Source: Antedon mediterranea
Taxonomy: Eukaryota > Animalia > Echinodermata
DNA length: 64,000 bases
Direction of reading: 5' to 3'
Assembly: GCF_964355755.1 (NCBI RefSeq)
Contig: NC_092671.1
Coordinates: 16,430,001-16,494,000, forward strand
Part shown: piece after piece, positions 1-15,014 of the stretch
Numbering within the stretch: the first letter of the stretch is position 1
Layout of the letters: every line of letters starts with the position of its first letter
Notes under the pieces: model-generated
Told to the model about the DNA's origin: nothing
What the model saw: only the letters and a program-made list of their open reading frames with translations
Databases searched by the model: none
Position numbers and translations under genes: made by a program

Positions 1-1489
1 CAGAGTGATATGGTGTATTTGAGAGAGCATGTGACTGAGATGTGCAGGTTCAAGTCTGTATCAGGCAAGAGACATAGGCCCTTGGTTTAACACTCCTAAT
101 GGGCCCTCTACGAATGAACTGGGTGTGAACCTTAGTTAAATTATGGCTCCTCCCACTCTTTTGCTTTCTATTTTTTTATACAAAAATATTTCATAATAGA
201 AATTTTGACTTTCTTTTTTGAAATTTTTGTACGTTACATTTTCTTTTTTTAAACCTTATTATGTTTCATTGTTATTATTATTGATTATGTTTCTATTTTG
301 TCTGTGTTTGAAGGAAATTTTTTTTTTTTTTAAACTGTTCATTCTCTGGGGGCTCTCAAGCTCTGGGGCCTTGGGTTTAGCCAGTAAGTGCTCATAGTAG
401 ACGTTATGTTACTGGCCTTCTTTGTCATATTGTCTGCATCTTTATGCAAGATGCTAAAACACTTCATTGCTTCATCCTCCGGATGGGATGTAAAGCTGTA
501 CAGTCCATGTTAATTTCCTAAGTAAAGCATGATTATTGCATTTACATTACACTTTTATATATATATTTAACAAATGATCTAAAGAGACCCATTAAATTTT
601 GGTTTGCAGAATAATTCTCCAATTTACACCAATTTCAGACAACAAAAAAACCATTCTGCTTTAAATAAATTTCATCATTCAAAAACAAGCTGTAGAATCC
701 ACTAGGATATTATAATACCATTAATGTATAGATCACAGAATATATGTAACACTGTATATATAATTCTAAGGTTTGGTTAAATTTATATGAATTCAATATT
801 TCACTTGAGATCATACTAATTGATCGCAGCAGCTTCCGTAACGTGTAAAATAACTTTAGTGCCTATGGCGAAACACAAATATCACCACAGAGATCTATTA
901 AATTTAGATGTGACCCAGATGAACGGAATAACTATTTGATATTCTGCCATGACAATTCATGCATGTTACTTTATACTTTATTTCCAGTTGAATTGCATTG
1001 TTGATTATTGGCTAAATATAAAAAGAGCATGTGACATTTGACATGCTGTGGTTCAAAATAATCCAATAAGAAAATGCAACGACGGAACAGGAACACTTGA
1101 ATTGAAGCAATCTGAATTCCAGTGCTTAATAGCTTAATAATAATAGACATTTCGTACTGTATTTGTACACCAAAACCATTGACTCCAGGATTTTGAAATA
1201 GGGGGAGGGGTTGAGCTCCCCTTGTCTCTACCTCGAATCTGCCTACTGTATGTCATTTTTAAGAGTTATTTATTTAATTACAAAACTAAACCCTATTGAT
1301 GAGAGTCTATCACCGGTTCAATACAGTAAAACTTGTTATCTTTTATTTTTGCCTTAATTTTTTTTTGGGTATTACTATTACTGCCCATCGTTAATTTAAC
1401 ATTTTGGTTATTGTAATATTAATTATACTAATTATATCAATATACATATTATATAAATATTGAAAAAATTTCATTTAGCTTCGATTTTG

Positions 1490-1597
1490 TATAGATGACG
1501 AATTTCGTTTTTGTAAAAGCTACAAGTTAACTTGTAGCTTTTACAAAAACGAAATTTGTACTTGTAGCTTTTACAAAAACGAAATTTGTCATCTATA
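1490..1597. repeat. Perfect 56-bp palindrome (1501-1556) with a duplicated right arm
   Basis: AATTTCGTTTTTGTAAAAGCTACAAGTT|AACTTGTAGCTTTTACAAAAACGAAATT. The right arm recurs at ~1560-1597 and there extends complementarity to TATAGATGAC at 1490-1499. Confidence 0.9.
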
Positions 1598-1760
1598 TAA
1601 ATATTATTGTAAAGTATCTATCTTTAAACTGTTTATATTGCTTATATGAAAATATCATTGTACAATATGGGTACTAATGAAAACCAGTATAACACAGTAT
1701 TGCAGTTAGAGCATAGAGGGCGCCATCTATAAAAAAATAACTGAAACACTTGACATTCTA

Positions 1761-1920
1761 TTGTTGTGTTGATAATACTGTACTGTCTGTTGTTGTGTTG
1801 ATAATACTGTACTGTCTGTCAGTGTTAGTCAATTGTTGTGTTGATAATACTGTACTGTCTGTCAGTGTTAGTCAATTGTTGTGTTGATAATACTGTACTG
1901 TCTGTCAGTGTTAGTCAATT
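1761..1920 (+). repeat. 43-bp minisatellite, ~3.5 copies
   Basis: Unit TTGTTGTGTTGATAATACTGTACTGTCTGTCAGTGTTAGTCAA in tandem; the first copy is truncated. Confidence 0.9.
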
Positions 1921-2221
1921 TCATTTCTTAAAAAATGTATTATTAATTTAATACAACAGAGATAAATTCTACAATATTGTATTATCATAATGTAGTATAG
2001 CTCCATGTGTTTTTAGGTTTAGAATAAATTAATTTTATATTTTTAATTATTAATTTTTAATATTAATGGACATGTTCAAAGGTGCTATAGTATAAAACCT
2101 TTAATATTAATCTTTCCTATTTGATTTTATTTATTCAATTTCGGCAAACAAAAAATTACAGAAAAATACAAAACAATACAAAGTAAAAAAAATGCCAAGG
2201 ATTGTCAGAAGTGAACATTTT

Positions 2222-2390
2222 AAGCTCTGTCTACAAATTGTATGTGACAAAAAAATGTGATGTGCCCATATATGGACATGATGAGGTCATATCACTAACA
2301 TAGATGGGCATATCACTACCGTACCATGTTTGGGCATATCACTACCATATTTGAGATATTAAACTAGTTTGATAGTGTAAGCAGAGCTTT
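2222..2390. mobile_element. MITE family A copy 1 (TIR AAGCTCTGTCTACAC...GTGTAGACAGAGCTT)
   Basis: Same termini and internal GATGTGCCCA/TGGGCA motifs as the copies at 35728-35842 and 37236-38582. Confidence 0.75.
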
Positions 2391-2873
2391 AACAGACAAT
2401 AAATGAACAAAAAACAATACAGTAAAAATAAAAAAATAAAAAAAATAAAAATTAATTATTTTAGATCCTAATTTCTAATACTAAATGAATTATAATACAG
2501 AAAACGGCAAGAAACAATAAAAGGGAAAAGCTGATTGGTAGTAGTAGTAGTAGGTAGTAGTATAACAGCCTTCAAAGTTCTTCCTCCGTAGAATTCAACG
2601 ACTTCCGGAGTTACACATGGTAAAGACGACACTCCTTTATGGTTCTTCAGAATAATACTCGAATTGACCTACAGTACAGTATTCATAAGTTATTATTGAA
2701 TAATCATATTGTCAGTCAAAAAATATTCAATGAGTATATTACACCTGTACTGTGTAGATCTCTATATGTCAAACATGAAGGATCATCAAATATTGGAATA
2801 CATACTGGCATAATTATTGCTTTTTAAATGTTAACAGTTGATTTTACAAATCACTAGACCCCTATATCACCAT

Positions 2874-3052
2874 TGGCCATAATTCACCATTCACGCTTAG
2901 GCTAAGGTAAACACTTATCCTTAAAATAAGGACAAATCTCCTAAATGAATACAATTTAAGGGAAATATATTTATTGAGTAAAGTGAATAAGTGAAAAATT
3001 AATAATATTTAAGGGAAACTTCTCACTTAAGTGTGATTGGTGAAAACAGCCA
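2874..3052. mobile_element. Short MITE-like element
   Basis: Imperfect terminal inverted repeats TTCACCATTCACGCTTAG / CTTAAGTGTGATTGGTGAA around a ~140-bp core. Confidence 0.5.
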
Positions 3053-6000
3053 CTGGCCTTCATGAAGAAAAAATGGATGGAATCTAGTTTTAACTGAATT
3101 AATAAATATCAAATTCTACAATAAATTGTTTATGGTTTTCTTATTTTAAATACTGGATTTGACAGAACCATTGATTTCAATGATATAACTGATCTATGGG
3201 TAGTTAAAATATTGATACGCTACAGGTTTTCCAAAAAAGATCACACAATATTCAATTATTTAAAACAAATTTTAATATATCAAGGTTTGTGTGGTTTGGA
3301 TTAGAAAAGATTTTACAACAAGCTCAGAGTTTTGAAGGATAAGATTAAGTACAGGTTTTAGTATACAGCAGTACTTGAAATCCATTTCCTGAGTTGAAAG
3401 CTGTAAATATTATAGTAATATAAAATCATCTTAGAAGATGATATCAAGCACGGAAATGCCACACAGAAATGACAATTTATTAAACCATTAATTACAAACT
3501 TAAATTTCAATACACTCACTGAAACCATAATAGTGGATGCTTACATATATTACATAATACATGCTTATTTTTTGTTCTAAACTGTATTTTATGTTTACGA
3601 TGCAATAAATATTTTAAAAAATTAATAATTTATTTGTCTAATAGGTCAAGACTGCCTTGAATAAAAATAATGTTTGGAGCAGATCAAGGAGATTGAAAGG
3701 TTTGATCGGATTGAGGCATTTGTGGAAAGCAGGGGGTACCAAAATTATTTGAGTCGGGGTTGGGGGAGGGGATGGTGGGAGAGGGAGGTGGTCTTGCAGT
3801 TGCTCTTAAGCAAAAACTGGAAAAACTTCTGTCTGATGAAATCTATTATAATACAAAATAGAGTAGAGTCCCTCCTTTGAGACACTCCTATTCAGAGTAT
3901 TAGTTAGGAGACGAAAGGGAGGGAATTCCTGTTACTGTTCGTGTTGCCGTCTTCTTCTAAAGACATGGCTGTCAATGTCATTGACTTGACTGCTGGTATA
4001 TATACTAGAGATCTACGTTTATACCATGCTAGTTTTTTAACACTAAAAAGTATACTGTAATATGGCTAACGCTATCTTCAGGAACACCTCTATTGGGGGG
4101 ACAGTTTGTTGGGTCCCGAAGGTATCTGTTAAATCTGACTGTAAACTACTAATTATTAATTATTGTGAAACTCTTGATCTTGGTGTGGTTTATATAATTT
4201 CCTAATCATAGCAGTAATACTGTATTATTACTTAATATCTGTGCTCAATTGAGTATTTTAATACTTTGATATCTATTCACTTGTGAATAGAATCATCAAA
4301 CTGTTGACATACCTATGGTTGTTTCTTCTCCTATTACAGGTTAAAATATTATGTTGTATGACTCACAATTGAAAAATTCCATATATCATCAAGATTATTG
4401 AATGACTACAAATTACTGTTACAGATTTGTAGTAATTGAGTAAAAAAACATTTTTAGTTTATCTGTGATTGTGAATAAATTTGTTTTCATTAATTAGACA
4501 GTGCTTTATTTTTATATATTTTGTTATTTTCTCCATAAATGTATCTCTCAGATTACATTAGAGAGCTTTTTTATTGGAGACGGTATATTATTAGGAAACG
4601 GTATTTTAACAGAAAATGACGGTTGTGGAATACTGTATTTATTCAGATAAACGCCTTGGTTTATTTGAGGGAAGCATCAATTTTTTGGGGTGAAATTAAT
4701 AATTAAGGTAAACTCCCTAGATATGAAGAAATGCAATACAACACAAATATCAAAATTCAAAGTATAATGTATATAAAGTATATAAATACAGTCTTTAAAA
4801 TTGTATCAATCAATTTTAGATCATACGGCAGTCATAATGAATTCTACTACAACAATAATGTGATATAATATTGTGTATATTATTTGGTAGGGAATTTTTT
4901 TGGGAAAAAATATAAACAGCCTGGGGCATTTATTCAAAGGTGTGGGAAGGCGGGTGTGGTTCCCAAACATGTTAATTTTAACAAAAGCTCGCTATTTTGG
5001 AGTTTTATTCAAACAATTAATCCATTGTTCCTCTTTTGATCTTTATTGCACACGTGTTCTTAATAATTTAAAAACATTATAGTTAAAAATAAAATTTGTT
5101 TTTACTAAAGTTTGCTAATTTATATTAGAATAACACCAACGTACAGAGCGCACCTGGTTACAGATTGAAATAGATACTCTTACACCTACCATCACTTTGA
5201 CATATAATTAAATTTGAAGACCTATACTGTATCCAACTAAACAGAGTAACTACATGATTGTCAGAACTATTTAATATGATCTTTGGTGTTTACTAACCTA
5301 ATACTACCTTACAAGATATTTGACATCACATAACACAGGTTGTCCAGTTTAGATTCAAATGTTTATTTATTGTCAATTTAATAAAAATTAAAAATTATAG
5401 TGTCTGCAAAAATTCCTTTCAACTGTGTACAGTATCGTAATGCAATAATAAATCAAAATAAAAATTGCAAACGCATTTTTTGTTTCCATAAATAGGTTAA
5501 AGTTCAGGTATATCAAAACTAAATAAAACAGAAAAAGCATACTTCCTGTGTCTATTTCCAGGATAAGTCTATAATACATTTAAAAATGCAGTACAAGAAT
5601 AGTTAATTTTAAACCAATCTTTTGTTATATATTATTTGAAGGTTCTGCTGCTTTATCAGGTAAAATACAGCATTTAAAACAAAATCATTTTATGATCTAC
5701 ATATTTGCATGCAATATCGTACACTGTTTAACAGCTGAGAAAGAAGGCTCTCCTCTAGAATGGTAATAATATTTTATAATGCTGACCCAACGGCAATGAT
5801 TAAAATATAAGCCTTGCAAAGCTTTAACATACATTTATAGCTCAAACACTGACCATAAATTTTGGAATATTGTTAAAATAAAATCAATGAAAAACTATAT
5901 ACTTTTAGACATGATTTGCATATTAGTATTACATTCATAGTACTGATGGAAGAATAATACTGTAATTATTCCATATTCATTCTGTACTGTACTGTACAGT

Positions 6001-9000
6001 ATATGTATACTAGGTATCTTTTTTAATACATTTTCAGATACAGTTACTTGCTGTAACATATTTTGTAGGAAAAAATGACAAGTATCATCTAGTTGACAAA
6101 CACTAGCAGGCATGCTGTTTTTAATTTAGCAAATTGTAGTTTAGTGTACAGCATGTGCCACCATAGCATACTTCACATCCTCGTTAGAGGAACAAAAAAT
6201 GCTGGCAGGCCATTTTGTACTGGAATAAGCATGTACATCGCCTGAAGCCTGTATTCATGACCAAGGCTGATTGCAACAGCATGTGATGCTGCTTATAAAC
6301 AGCTATTATAGTATCCTATGGCTTCAACCTGTGATACTCCCTTCCTAATAAATCTATTAATCCATGAAAATTTAAATTTTTAAATATTTAAATTTACCAA
6401 AAATGTTTATGGATATTATTAAAAATATAAAACAAATGTCTTCTTCATTTTGTATGATTGTTTGATTAAAAGAAATCGCAAATTGAAAGTATCATACCAC
6501 AGTAATCAAAGAATAAATAATGGGTAGAATTGACACTCAAAATATTGATATAGGGTATGAAGAATGGTACCTTATGATTCACAGTGAACTGTTGACATTA
6601 ATTAGTACTACTTGTTTGCATACACAAACAAGCTTCCCAGTAATGAACAACAGCCATCCATCAGGGTGCTAGACCTTGGCCTTGGCTGTGTATAAATTGT
6701 AAACCATTGTTAATTTACTTGATTTTTTGTTACAGGTAGATATAAAATACATTTTTATTTCACTTTCCTGTCTATTTTGCGCTGATGACCAGCGATTGAA
6801 CTGTATTGATGATTAAAATAGATTTAATTATATTTTATTTTAATTCTTATTTTATATTCCTCCAACCATATGCAGCTTGGAAATGTTAAGCTCTAGACTT
6901 TACTAAATCAAGCGTAAAATACTCCAAAACAAAGAGCTTTAAATTTGGTACACCTTTCGAAACAGTCTGTACAGTAAAAATGGTACTAATTCCTACATTG
7001 GCTATTGAAACTACAGTACTACTATACTTTATACTATATTTAATGTACAAGACAAATTCTAGGCCTATTCTTGCTATCACATCATTCACAATGCGAGAGG
7101 CATGATTGTGTAACTACAGTATGCATTGACATGGTTAGTGTGAATCTGCTGTCTAAAGATACTTTGACCAATTGTCGTAATTGAGGTATCTGTATAAAAA
7201 CATGGAAAGTTTCATGATAAAATTATTCATTACAGTACATACTGTGAAGTACAGTATAATGAACATTTGCTTATATGCTCAAATTATTGATGGTACAAAA
7301 TGAATTGAAATGAATATTTACTCAAATGAATTAGAAACTTATGAATGATTGCAAAATGGGCTCAGAGAATTGAAGTATTAATATTTAAAAACAATAAAGA
7401 TGATTCTGTAAGAAGCATGCATATTGCAGTAACTTTGTACTATCATACAGTAACATTATCACTCCATGAATAAAACATACATACAAAAAAGGTGATAAAC
7501 AATTGTTCATTTCAGCATAGAATAATTCATCATTTTAGAAATTCCTAATATCTTGCAGCTACTGTGTTATTGATTACCTACATCTTTACATTATGCTTCG
7601 ATTATCTGTCACAAGTCCTTCAAAACAAACACCTTTGTTTCCAATCTCAAATTTCATACACACTATACTGTAGACAATATGTATAGGGAGCATCAGACGG
7701 TATGCCACGACGAATGTAATATTTCTCATTGTGGGAATAACTCAATGGGGGACAATAATTATTATAATGTTTATTATTATTTATTATTTAGAGTACTACA
7801 GGTATACCAAAAGGACAACCTCAAAAGTATCCAAATGTTTCGCGCCATTCAGTGACCTTTTCAGGTCTTGTTGAGACAGCGATTGCTTTGCAACTAAAAA
7901 GTTTTGCAAGAAAACTGTTTTAAAAACCGGTTTTGATAATCAAGACCAGATTCATTTGGGGTTTTTAAACTGTATTTAAGATTGGTTCTTTTTATGTTTT
8001 TTTTTAAGGGACCCGGGCCATTTCTGTTGGCAATAAAATACCGTTCTTTCAGAATAAAATACGGCTTTAAATACTGTATTCTCTGGTCAATAGAAACAGG
8101 CCCATTAAGATACTATAGATATAATTTACAAGCCTACTGTAATGTCATAGAGCAGTACAGTAGGCCTACAACAAGCTGTAGTACCAGCTGATTACCTTGA
8201 TCAAATTTATTGTTTAAATTTGATAATCGCATCAAACAGCTTTACTGTGTCATGAAGGGTTGTGTTTACATATAATTCTATTGATAAATTAGTAACACAA
8301 CTATGAACAATTTGTATTATTCCACTCACTATTGAACAAAGACAAATGATTCGAGGGAGAAATGTGTTCAATATTGCCCTTTTCACACAAAGTAATCGGT
8401 AAAGATTGTATAAATTTCTAAATCAATTAATAATAATGAGCAAAACAATACAATTTAATAATATTTTTCAAAATGTTAATCAAAAGATATAGTAATGGAT
8501 ATTCAATGGGCCTAAATAAAAAAAAAGATTTAAAAAAAAAGGCTGAATTTAAAAAAATAACCACTTCGCATCACCAAGCGGTTGACAGATTGCCAGAGAT
8601 TATTTTAATAAAAAGAAAAAGATGTGAACTTTGTTTAATGATATTATTATTAATTTACTATGTTTTTATTGACTATTTTATGACAAATGTATCTTGTGTT
8701 TTTCGTTTTTTAACAAACATGTACAAGATTCTGAATAAATATGTGTTAATAGCACTATATTCAGCTAAAGGTATTCATTTGCATACTGAATAGTCATGTG
8801 ACCACATGAATCATAATTAACTAGAGTACTTGTACACAGTTGAATGGCAATTACATGATACATGCTTTAAATTATTTCTTTCAACAGAATTCACTGAATG
8901 CCTGACTGATGATTTTTGTTTTTGGCGATTACAGATATCTACAGTAGTCATAGGAGATCTTTCATGTTAATACTTATAGTATGGGGCCACATGAATGTAG

Positions 9001-9932
9001 CCTCTTATTTTGGACGCTTGCTGCTTTAGTAAATTGTTGCCAAATATTTTTTTTCTTGAAACAATATTTTACAAGGGTGGTCGATCTAGCCGAAGCTGAT
9101 CATTAGGGATTCTCACAAAGATTACAATATGATAAGACCTAAAAATCCAATAATTAAAAATTAAATTAAAATATAAAGAATCATTTTTATATTGTATTTT
9201 TATCACCACATGGCTCTTGGAAGTTGCTTTAATAAATTGTTGGTAAATATTGGTTTAAAATTTAATTTTCTATAGTGAATTTTTATCATGAACACACCTA
9301 GCCTCTGTTTAAAAAAAAACAGCCTCACCCGTCCTGAGTAGTATAAAAGTACGGAGAGTAGAATAATGGTTTAGTCTATAACAACTATGTACTACGATAC
9401 AATATGTACTGTGTACTAACATTACTGTATTTTAAACACAGTAAATAATTTGTCTTTCAACTGATTAGAAATACTTAATTTAATACTAGTACATACAAAG
9501 ACATTGTTGTTCATGAATTATTTATCATTTCAATGACATCCTCTCATTATATTTAGTGAAATGAAAGGTGACTGAATGACATTAAATGTAAAAGAATCAA
9601 TTAAACAGCTAATTACATTTTACATACAGCCATTTCTGGACCTCCATGAGCAGATTACAAAACAATGTCCAGTATTAAATATGCACATGTATCTCTGTAC
9701 ATACAGAGTAGAGCCCATCTGTATTCTCTATTGTACACTGACTAGTACATGATCTATCGTAAATTACTGAATATGAGTTACAGTAATGCTATGCTGTACA
9801 GTAATTAAAGAGATCCAGCTTCATCTTGTCTTTAACTGAACATTATAAACAGTGAAAAAAGCTTTGTCCCTGAAATATACAGGTTAACCTCTCTGATGAT
9901 CAGAGATGTTCCTGAAAATCTGAATGGCAATA

Positions 9933-10117
9933 TAAGGTTTATCACAAATAGCTTGATTTTGCGAAGGACGTCATTGCACAATGCATGATGGGAAGGGTTT
10001 GGGAGCAAACATCACTAGGCGTACGCACAAACAACAAATCGCGTATGTATGCGTTGTGATGTTTGCGCCCAAATCCTTCCCATCATGCGTCGTGCACACT
10101 ATTTACAATAAACCTTA
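9933..10117. mobile_element. Palindromic MITE-like element (~185 bp)
   Basis: Termini TAAGGTTTAT...ATAAACCTTA. Internal arms TGCACAATGCATGATGGGAAGGGTTTGGGAGCAAACATCAC and GTGATGTTTGCGCCCAAATCCTTCCCATCATGCGTCGTGCA are near-complementary. Confidence 0.7.
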
Positions 10118-13100
10118 ACATTTGTATCTTCAAATGATCTACAGTAAATGATCTTCATCAAAAAGAATTACTTACAGTAAATTTATCAAGAAATATTAAA
10201 TTCTAAGAATATAATTATTTACAAAAACTGTAGTATTGACCAAAATATTTGTACTTTTGTTTTTCAATATTTAATAATGAAATAAAATTAGATCATTCCA
10301 CTCTCTACATTCTATGTAAAGTACATTACAGTACCGTATGTCAAACAAAACAATTTATTATCTGTAAAGTTATTTATTGTACTGTATAGTAGTAAATATT
10401 GTTCAAATTACAGTCAAGAATATTAGAATTTGAAATAGTAAATGAAGTACTGTAATATGTTTGTCAGTAAAAATGACTTACTGTAAATAATACCAACATC
10501 ATTTCAAACACAACATTGAATATCATCAGTAGCCTATATTTGGTCTGTAAAATATTTAATCAATTTGAATACAGGATTAAATCAAAATGTTAATTACAAT
10601 ACATTGTTCACTACTGGTTATGATTCAACAACCAGACAGAACAAATTAATTCTTGAATGAGTCATGCAGATTGATACCATTTGAATTGAATGAAATGAAG
10701 AAAAAACAACACTTTAAGTCGCCAACATGTAATAGCTAAGCTGATAATATAATCAATACAAATTGTGGTGTGATCTCTACACACCCTTAATTAGATACCA
10801 ATAAATTATGCAAAATTATTCGTTCAATGGGTCATGTTTTTACAGAACTAATTGTTAAATGGTTACACAGTACTACTGTAAACAGTACATTACAATAGTA
10901 CTGTAAACGGCAAATTTAACATAGGGGACAGTTACTGTATCCAATTATAACAAATTTAATAAGTTACCGTTCCTTAACCAATTATATTTTATATAATTTT
11001 AAACAATTTAACCAACGAAATTGCATGAAGTCATGTTGTTTATCTTTTTTCTTAAAGCTCAGGTACAGGCATGAATTTTAAATATAATATCTGGTTAATT
11101 GTACATAAATCAAATATTTGTAACAGAAATCAAGACAAAAAACATAAATTTCCATTAATATGGTCATATACAAATTTGGCAAAATTCTGCCATAAAAACC
11201 AGGAAGACTTTTTTTCAGTAGTTAGGTAATTTAACCTAATGTAATTAACATGTCTGGTGACTCCCTAGAAGGTGACAAAAGATGGTGGGTACCGTATACG
11301 GTGGATAATTTTGGCTATAGCATGAAAATAAAAATCTGAAGTTGAATAAAAATACCAGAAATGTAAAATTCAAGTTATATTACCTATATTTAGTCATCTC
11401 ATAACATTTTTTACCAAGCCGTTTATAGCTTTTTAAAATGCCTCTCTATTTACAAAATTTGTGTCCAAAAGAATAGAAAAAAAAGATTTTAAACTGTGTA
11501 ATTTGAACTAAATCCCCCCACTGATAAGAGGGTGCTTATTTTAAACAAGCTTGTGTAACACAAATAAAATCCCAAAAATTATGAAACATAGGGGAAACTA
11601 TAGATCGATAATAATTAATTATTGGAATGTATAGTATGATCAATAGAAATTTTTTGCCCACACCAGATTGGGCAGGTACTGTACACAATGTGTCATTTGT
11701 TCTGGGTCCTACAGTACTGTTTATAAAAAAATTAATAGATGAGGTTAAATGGGACAGGCTACTAGATTGAAGAATCTCAAAATTTACATTTTTTTTCAGT
11801 TAAAGATAATTTTCTTTTGTACTGTACAGTATGGACAACAGCACAAACGAAAAATAAATTATAAACTGTTTCAAGAGTACAACATTTCATTTTCATATCT
11901 ATTTCATTATTTTTAATCGCCACAAGAAATGTCAAGTAACAATTTAAACATGCAATGTGAGATATAAATGGATTAATATAAAAAAAATTGGGTGGGGGGG
12001 GGGGGTGTTTGTTGTTGTGGCAATACCCTGAGACAATGTTTATTTATGATATTTGCTTCATAAAATAAAAACAAATACTGAACTAGATAATGATTGTGTT
12101 TTATTATTAGTTAGCCCTACAGGTATTTGTGTGTTTGCTAATGCAATAAAACTAAATTCTTGTACTGTAAGGCATGGATGAATTGTTAAATGGCATGTTT
12201 AATATATTTAACATCCATTCAACATGGACTATGTGGTGCAGTTTTGGGGATAATATTATAAACAGGTTTGATAACATTTTATCAACAACAATGTTGTAAT
12301 GTTTTTTTAAACATGTCATCAACTTCAAATGTATTAAATTTATGACTTTAAATTGAGATTAAAAAATAAAATACTTCAAAGAAGACATTCTCGGTCAAGA
12401 TGTTTCAAATCTAAAAATAGATCAATTATCAGTATTTGAAAAAATGGTTCAAGGACAAGATCAAATGATCTTGCTAAACAGCATCAAGTTGTAATTAAAA
12501 TAGCATTGTAAATAACATACAGCAGAATTTCTACAAAAAGCTTTATGCAATCAGAATTTCATGATGATATGATGAACAGTAATACAAATATCCTTCATTT
12601 ATTATAGCCATTTAATGATAGTGATGATGACGGCCGATATGTAATGTAATTGTATAATATGATTACACAATCGTCAGGGACAGGGCCAATCATCTGTCAC
12701 CCAACTCACAACTGTCTGACATTTTACAACCTGGCTGGTTTGGCACAATCACCACGCTTTGCCATACATTGGCCATCCAATCGTATTGATGAGATAGGCC
12801 TGATCGTCCAAGCATGGATGGGCACTTGACAAATGTACATACTGTACTGTACAGGTGTTAAATTATACTTTATTCGCCATGGTTAGGATTTGTTAAAACA
12901 CCATAGCGTTACAGAATCCGACACACTATTGCGCATGCCCAGAGAGAATTAATCTGATAACTCTAGTGAACAATAGTTTATCGTCATCATCGTTCTACCC
13001 ATCATCAGGCCTTGTTTTTTCAAAATTATAGGTGTGCTACAAATTGCACTCCTCAATACATTCAGGGGTGCTGTAGTAGGTGTGCTGTTTGTATTTTGGT

Positions 13101-13709
13101 GTGTAGAAGTTTACCAAATTTAAGCGTGTTGTAAATCCCACTCCTCAAGGGCAGTTTTAGGATTAGGAATGTGTTTAGGTCAGTGATCGCACTTACTCGC
13201 CTTAAAAGACAAGGCCTGCATCATCCATTACGACACAGCTCCTCAATGGTGTAATATGGCTAGGCTAGTAAGTATATACTAGACCAGCGGACCTATTTAT
13301 TTCGTAATAAAAAAGTGGTTGCCTCATATAATTATCAATTATTAATGACTAGCAAAGCTAGGCCTCTTTAGTTAGTATAGAATACTATAGGCCTAGTAAA
13401 TAGTATATAGTAGGAGAGAGGTCTAAAGTAACTAAGACTAAAAACTAATTTCATTATTTTATAATATTTATTAATAATTAATATTATTATTAATATTAAA
13501 TTATTATCATTATTAGGCCTATGCTATAGGCCTATATAAATACTGTTATTTATTGAAAATTTATTGAATCATCATCACAGAATCTACATCAGCAACTTAC
13601 ATCTTAAACTAGAAGACCTAGGCAATAAGAAGATATTCTAGGCCTAGCTAGGCCTCCTGTCCCTAGTAAAAGCTAGCCCCTCCCTTCACCGTTTTTGAAA
13701 TCTTGTTAC

Positions 13710-13875
13710 CTTCGATAGACACAACATGCTCCCGTAACTGGTCTTGAAGTAACGGGTCGTCGATCTGTTCCAAAATATCATAGATGGCATAGATGTGTGG
13801 ATGGACGCTTTCAAATCTGTGTATCTCGTCGCGAATAGCACAAGCATTTCTTAAATCCCAATTATGAGTATTCAT
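13710..13875 (-). CDS. AGAP1: Arf-GAP with GTPase, ANK repeat and PH domain (AGAP1/3, centaurin-gamma), first coding exon only
   Basis: MNTHNWDLRNACAIRDEIHRFESVHPHIYAIYDILEQIDDPLLQDQLREHVVSIE matches the AGAP1 N-terminus as I recall it ([24 protein letters not shown]...QIREHVIAIE). The exon is 55 codons + 1 nt, followed by donor G|GTAACA at 13709. I did not find exon 2 in 1-13700, so intron 1 is apparently >13.7 kb. Confidence 0.9.
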
Positions 13876-14133
13876 GGTTAATAATAAAATGTTCCATTAG
13901 CTATTTTATCAACTGCATTATTTTTTTCCAACAACACAAAATAGCTGACTAAATACAATCAAACCACAAAACGTCTTGGCTGAAAATAAAAACAGAGTAA
14001 ACAGTTCTCATTATACGCCCTCTCCGATAGAGGATAGTTTGCGCATGCTAACTAGGTCCATTAACCCGGAAGTAAGTTTGTTGTGCACCGGTGGTAAATC
14101 TAAATTAAATTTGTTGCTGTTATATTTGACAAA
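13876..14133. promoter_or_regulatory. Putative bidirectional promoter AGAP1/ABRACL, with likely non-coding ABRACL exon 1
   Basis: The two ATGs are ~555 bp apart and divergent. NRF1-like TGCGCATGC at 14040, ETS CCGGAAGT at 14066, splice donor AAA|GTAAGT at 14134. Confidence 0.6.
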
Positions 14134-14429
14134 GTAAGTTTGTTTAGATAAACATAAGTGTTTAGTTAATACAATAGATTTTTAAAAGCTGAATGTGATA
14201 CTTGAATGAGCAAAAAAATTAACGTTACTAGTCAAAACGAAGCTGAACTAGCATAGCAATAAATATCACCACTTTCCTTCATTTTTCATGCTGAGACTAG
14301 AGAGAGACTGTGTACAGTGTGGAGAGCTGTGTGTGTGTAATTGTTTTTTAACCAATGTGCGTTTTTAATAATGGTTTGATGTAATATTTACTTTCATAAT
14401 ATCAAGAAATTAATCAAGAGTTTTGCAAC

Positions 14430-15014
14430 ATGAATGTTGCACATGAAGTTGAGCTTCTGAAAGAAGAAATGAAAAGACTAGGCAGCAAAAGTAAGCACCC
14501 GTACTGTACCTTTAATAGGCCTACACACCTAAATACAGCCAAAATCAATTTTATATTGGAAAAACAATCAATGTAATGACTCCGAGATTTGATTTATAGT
14601 CTAAATATAGTGATATATATAAAACGTAAACTAAATAATAAAGTTGAAACTAGTTTAGACGGGTTCTAAAAACCACTAATCTATACATTATGTTCAATAG
14701 AGGGCACACTAATAATTTTGTATCAAACTAAAATGTATCAAGGTTGTAAATTTTTAATTTTAATTAATTAATCCTAAACTAAAAAGTATACATAAACCAT
14801 TAACTTTTTTTTTTGTATTTTGTTAGATGATGATGGTAAAATAGTAGTGAAGTTTGGTGTACTCTTTGCTGATGACCGATGTGCTAATATATTTGAAGCT
14901 TTGGTTGGAACACTAAGAGCTGCAAAAAGGAAAAAGATTGTTAAATATGATGGTGAGCTGCTTCTACAAGGTGTTCACGACAATGTTGACATTGTACTAT
15001 TAGAGGAAGCATAA
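14430..15014 (+). CDS. ABRACL: Costars family protein ABRACL (exons 14430-14490, 14827-15014)
   Basis: Spliced product MNVAHEVELLKEEMKRLGSK-N-DDGKIVVKFGVLFADDRCANIFEALVGTLRAAKRKKIVKYDGELLLQGVHDNVDIVLLEEA. GT-AG phase-1 intron; AATAAA at ~15317. Confidence 0.95.

Noticed and set aside
1-560. tRNA-derived SINE fragments (B-box-like GGTTCAAGTC at 47; tail near 480-555)
   Set aside because: Too degenerate to delimit without a library search.
1-13700. Additional genes or AGAP1 exon 2 (ORFs at 2639, 3674, 8473 etc.)
   Set aside because: Short AT-biased ORFs without motifs; no DxFVNSQEWTL-type exon seen. The region is treated as intron with repeat fragments.
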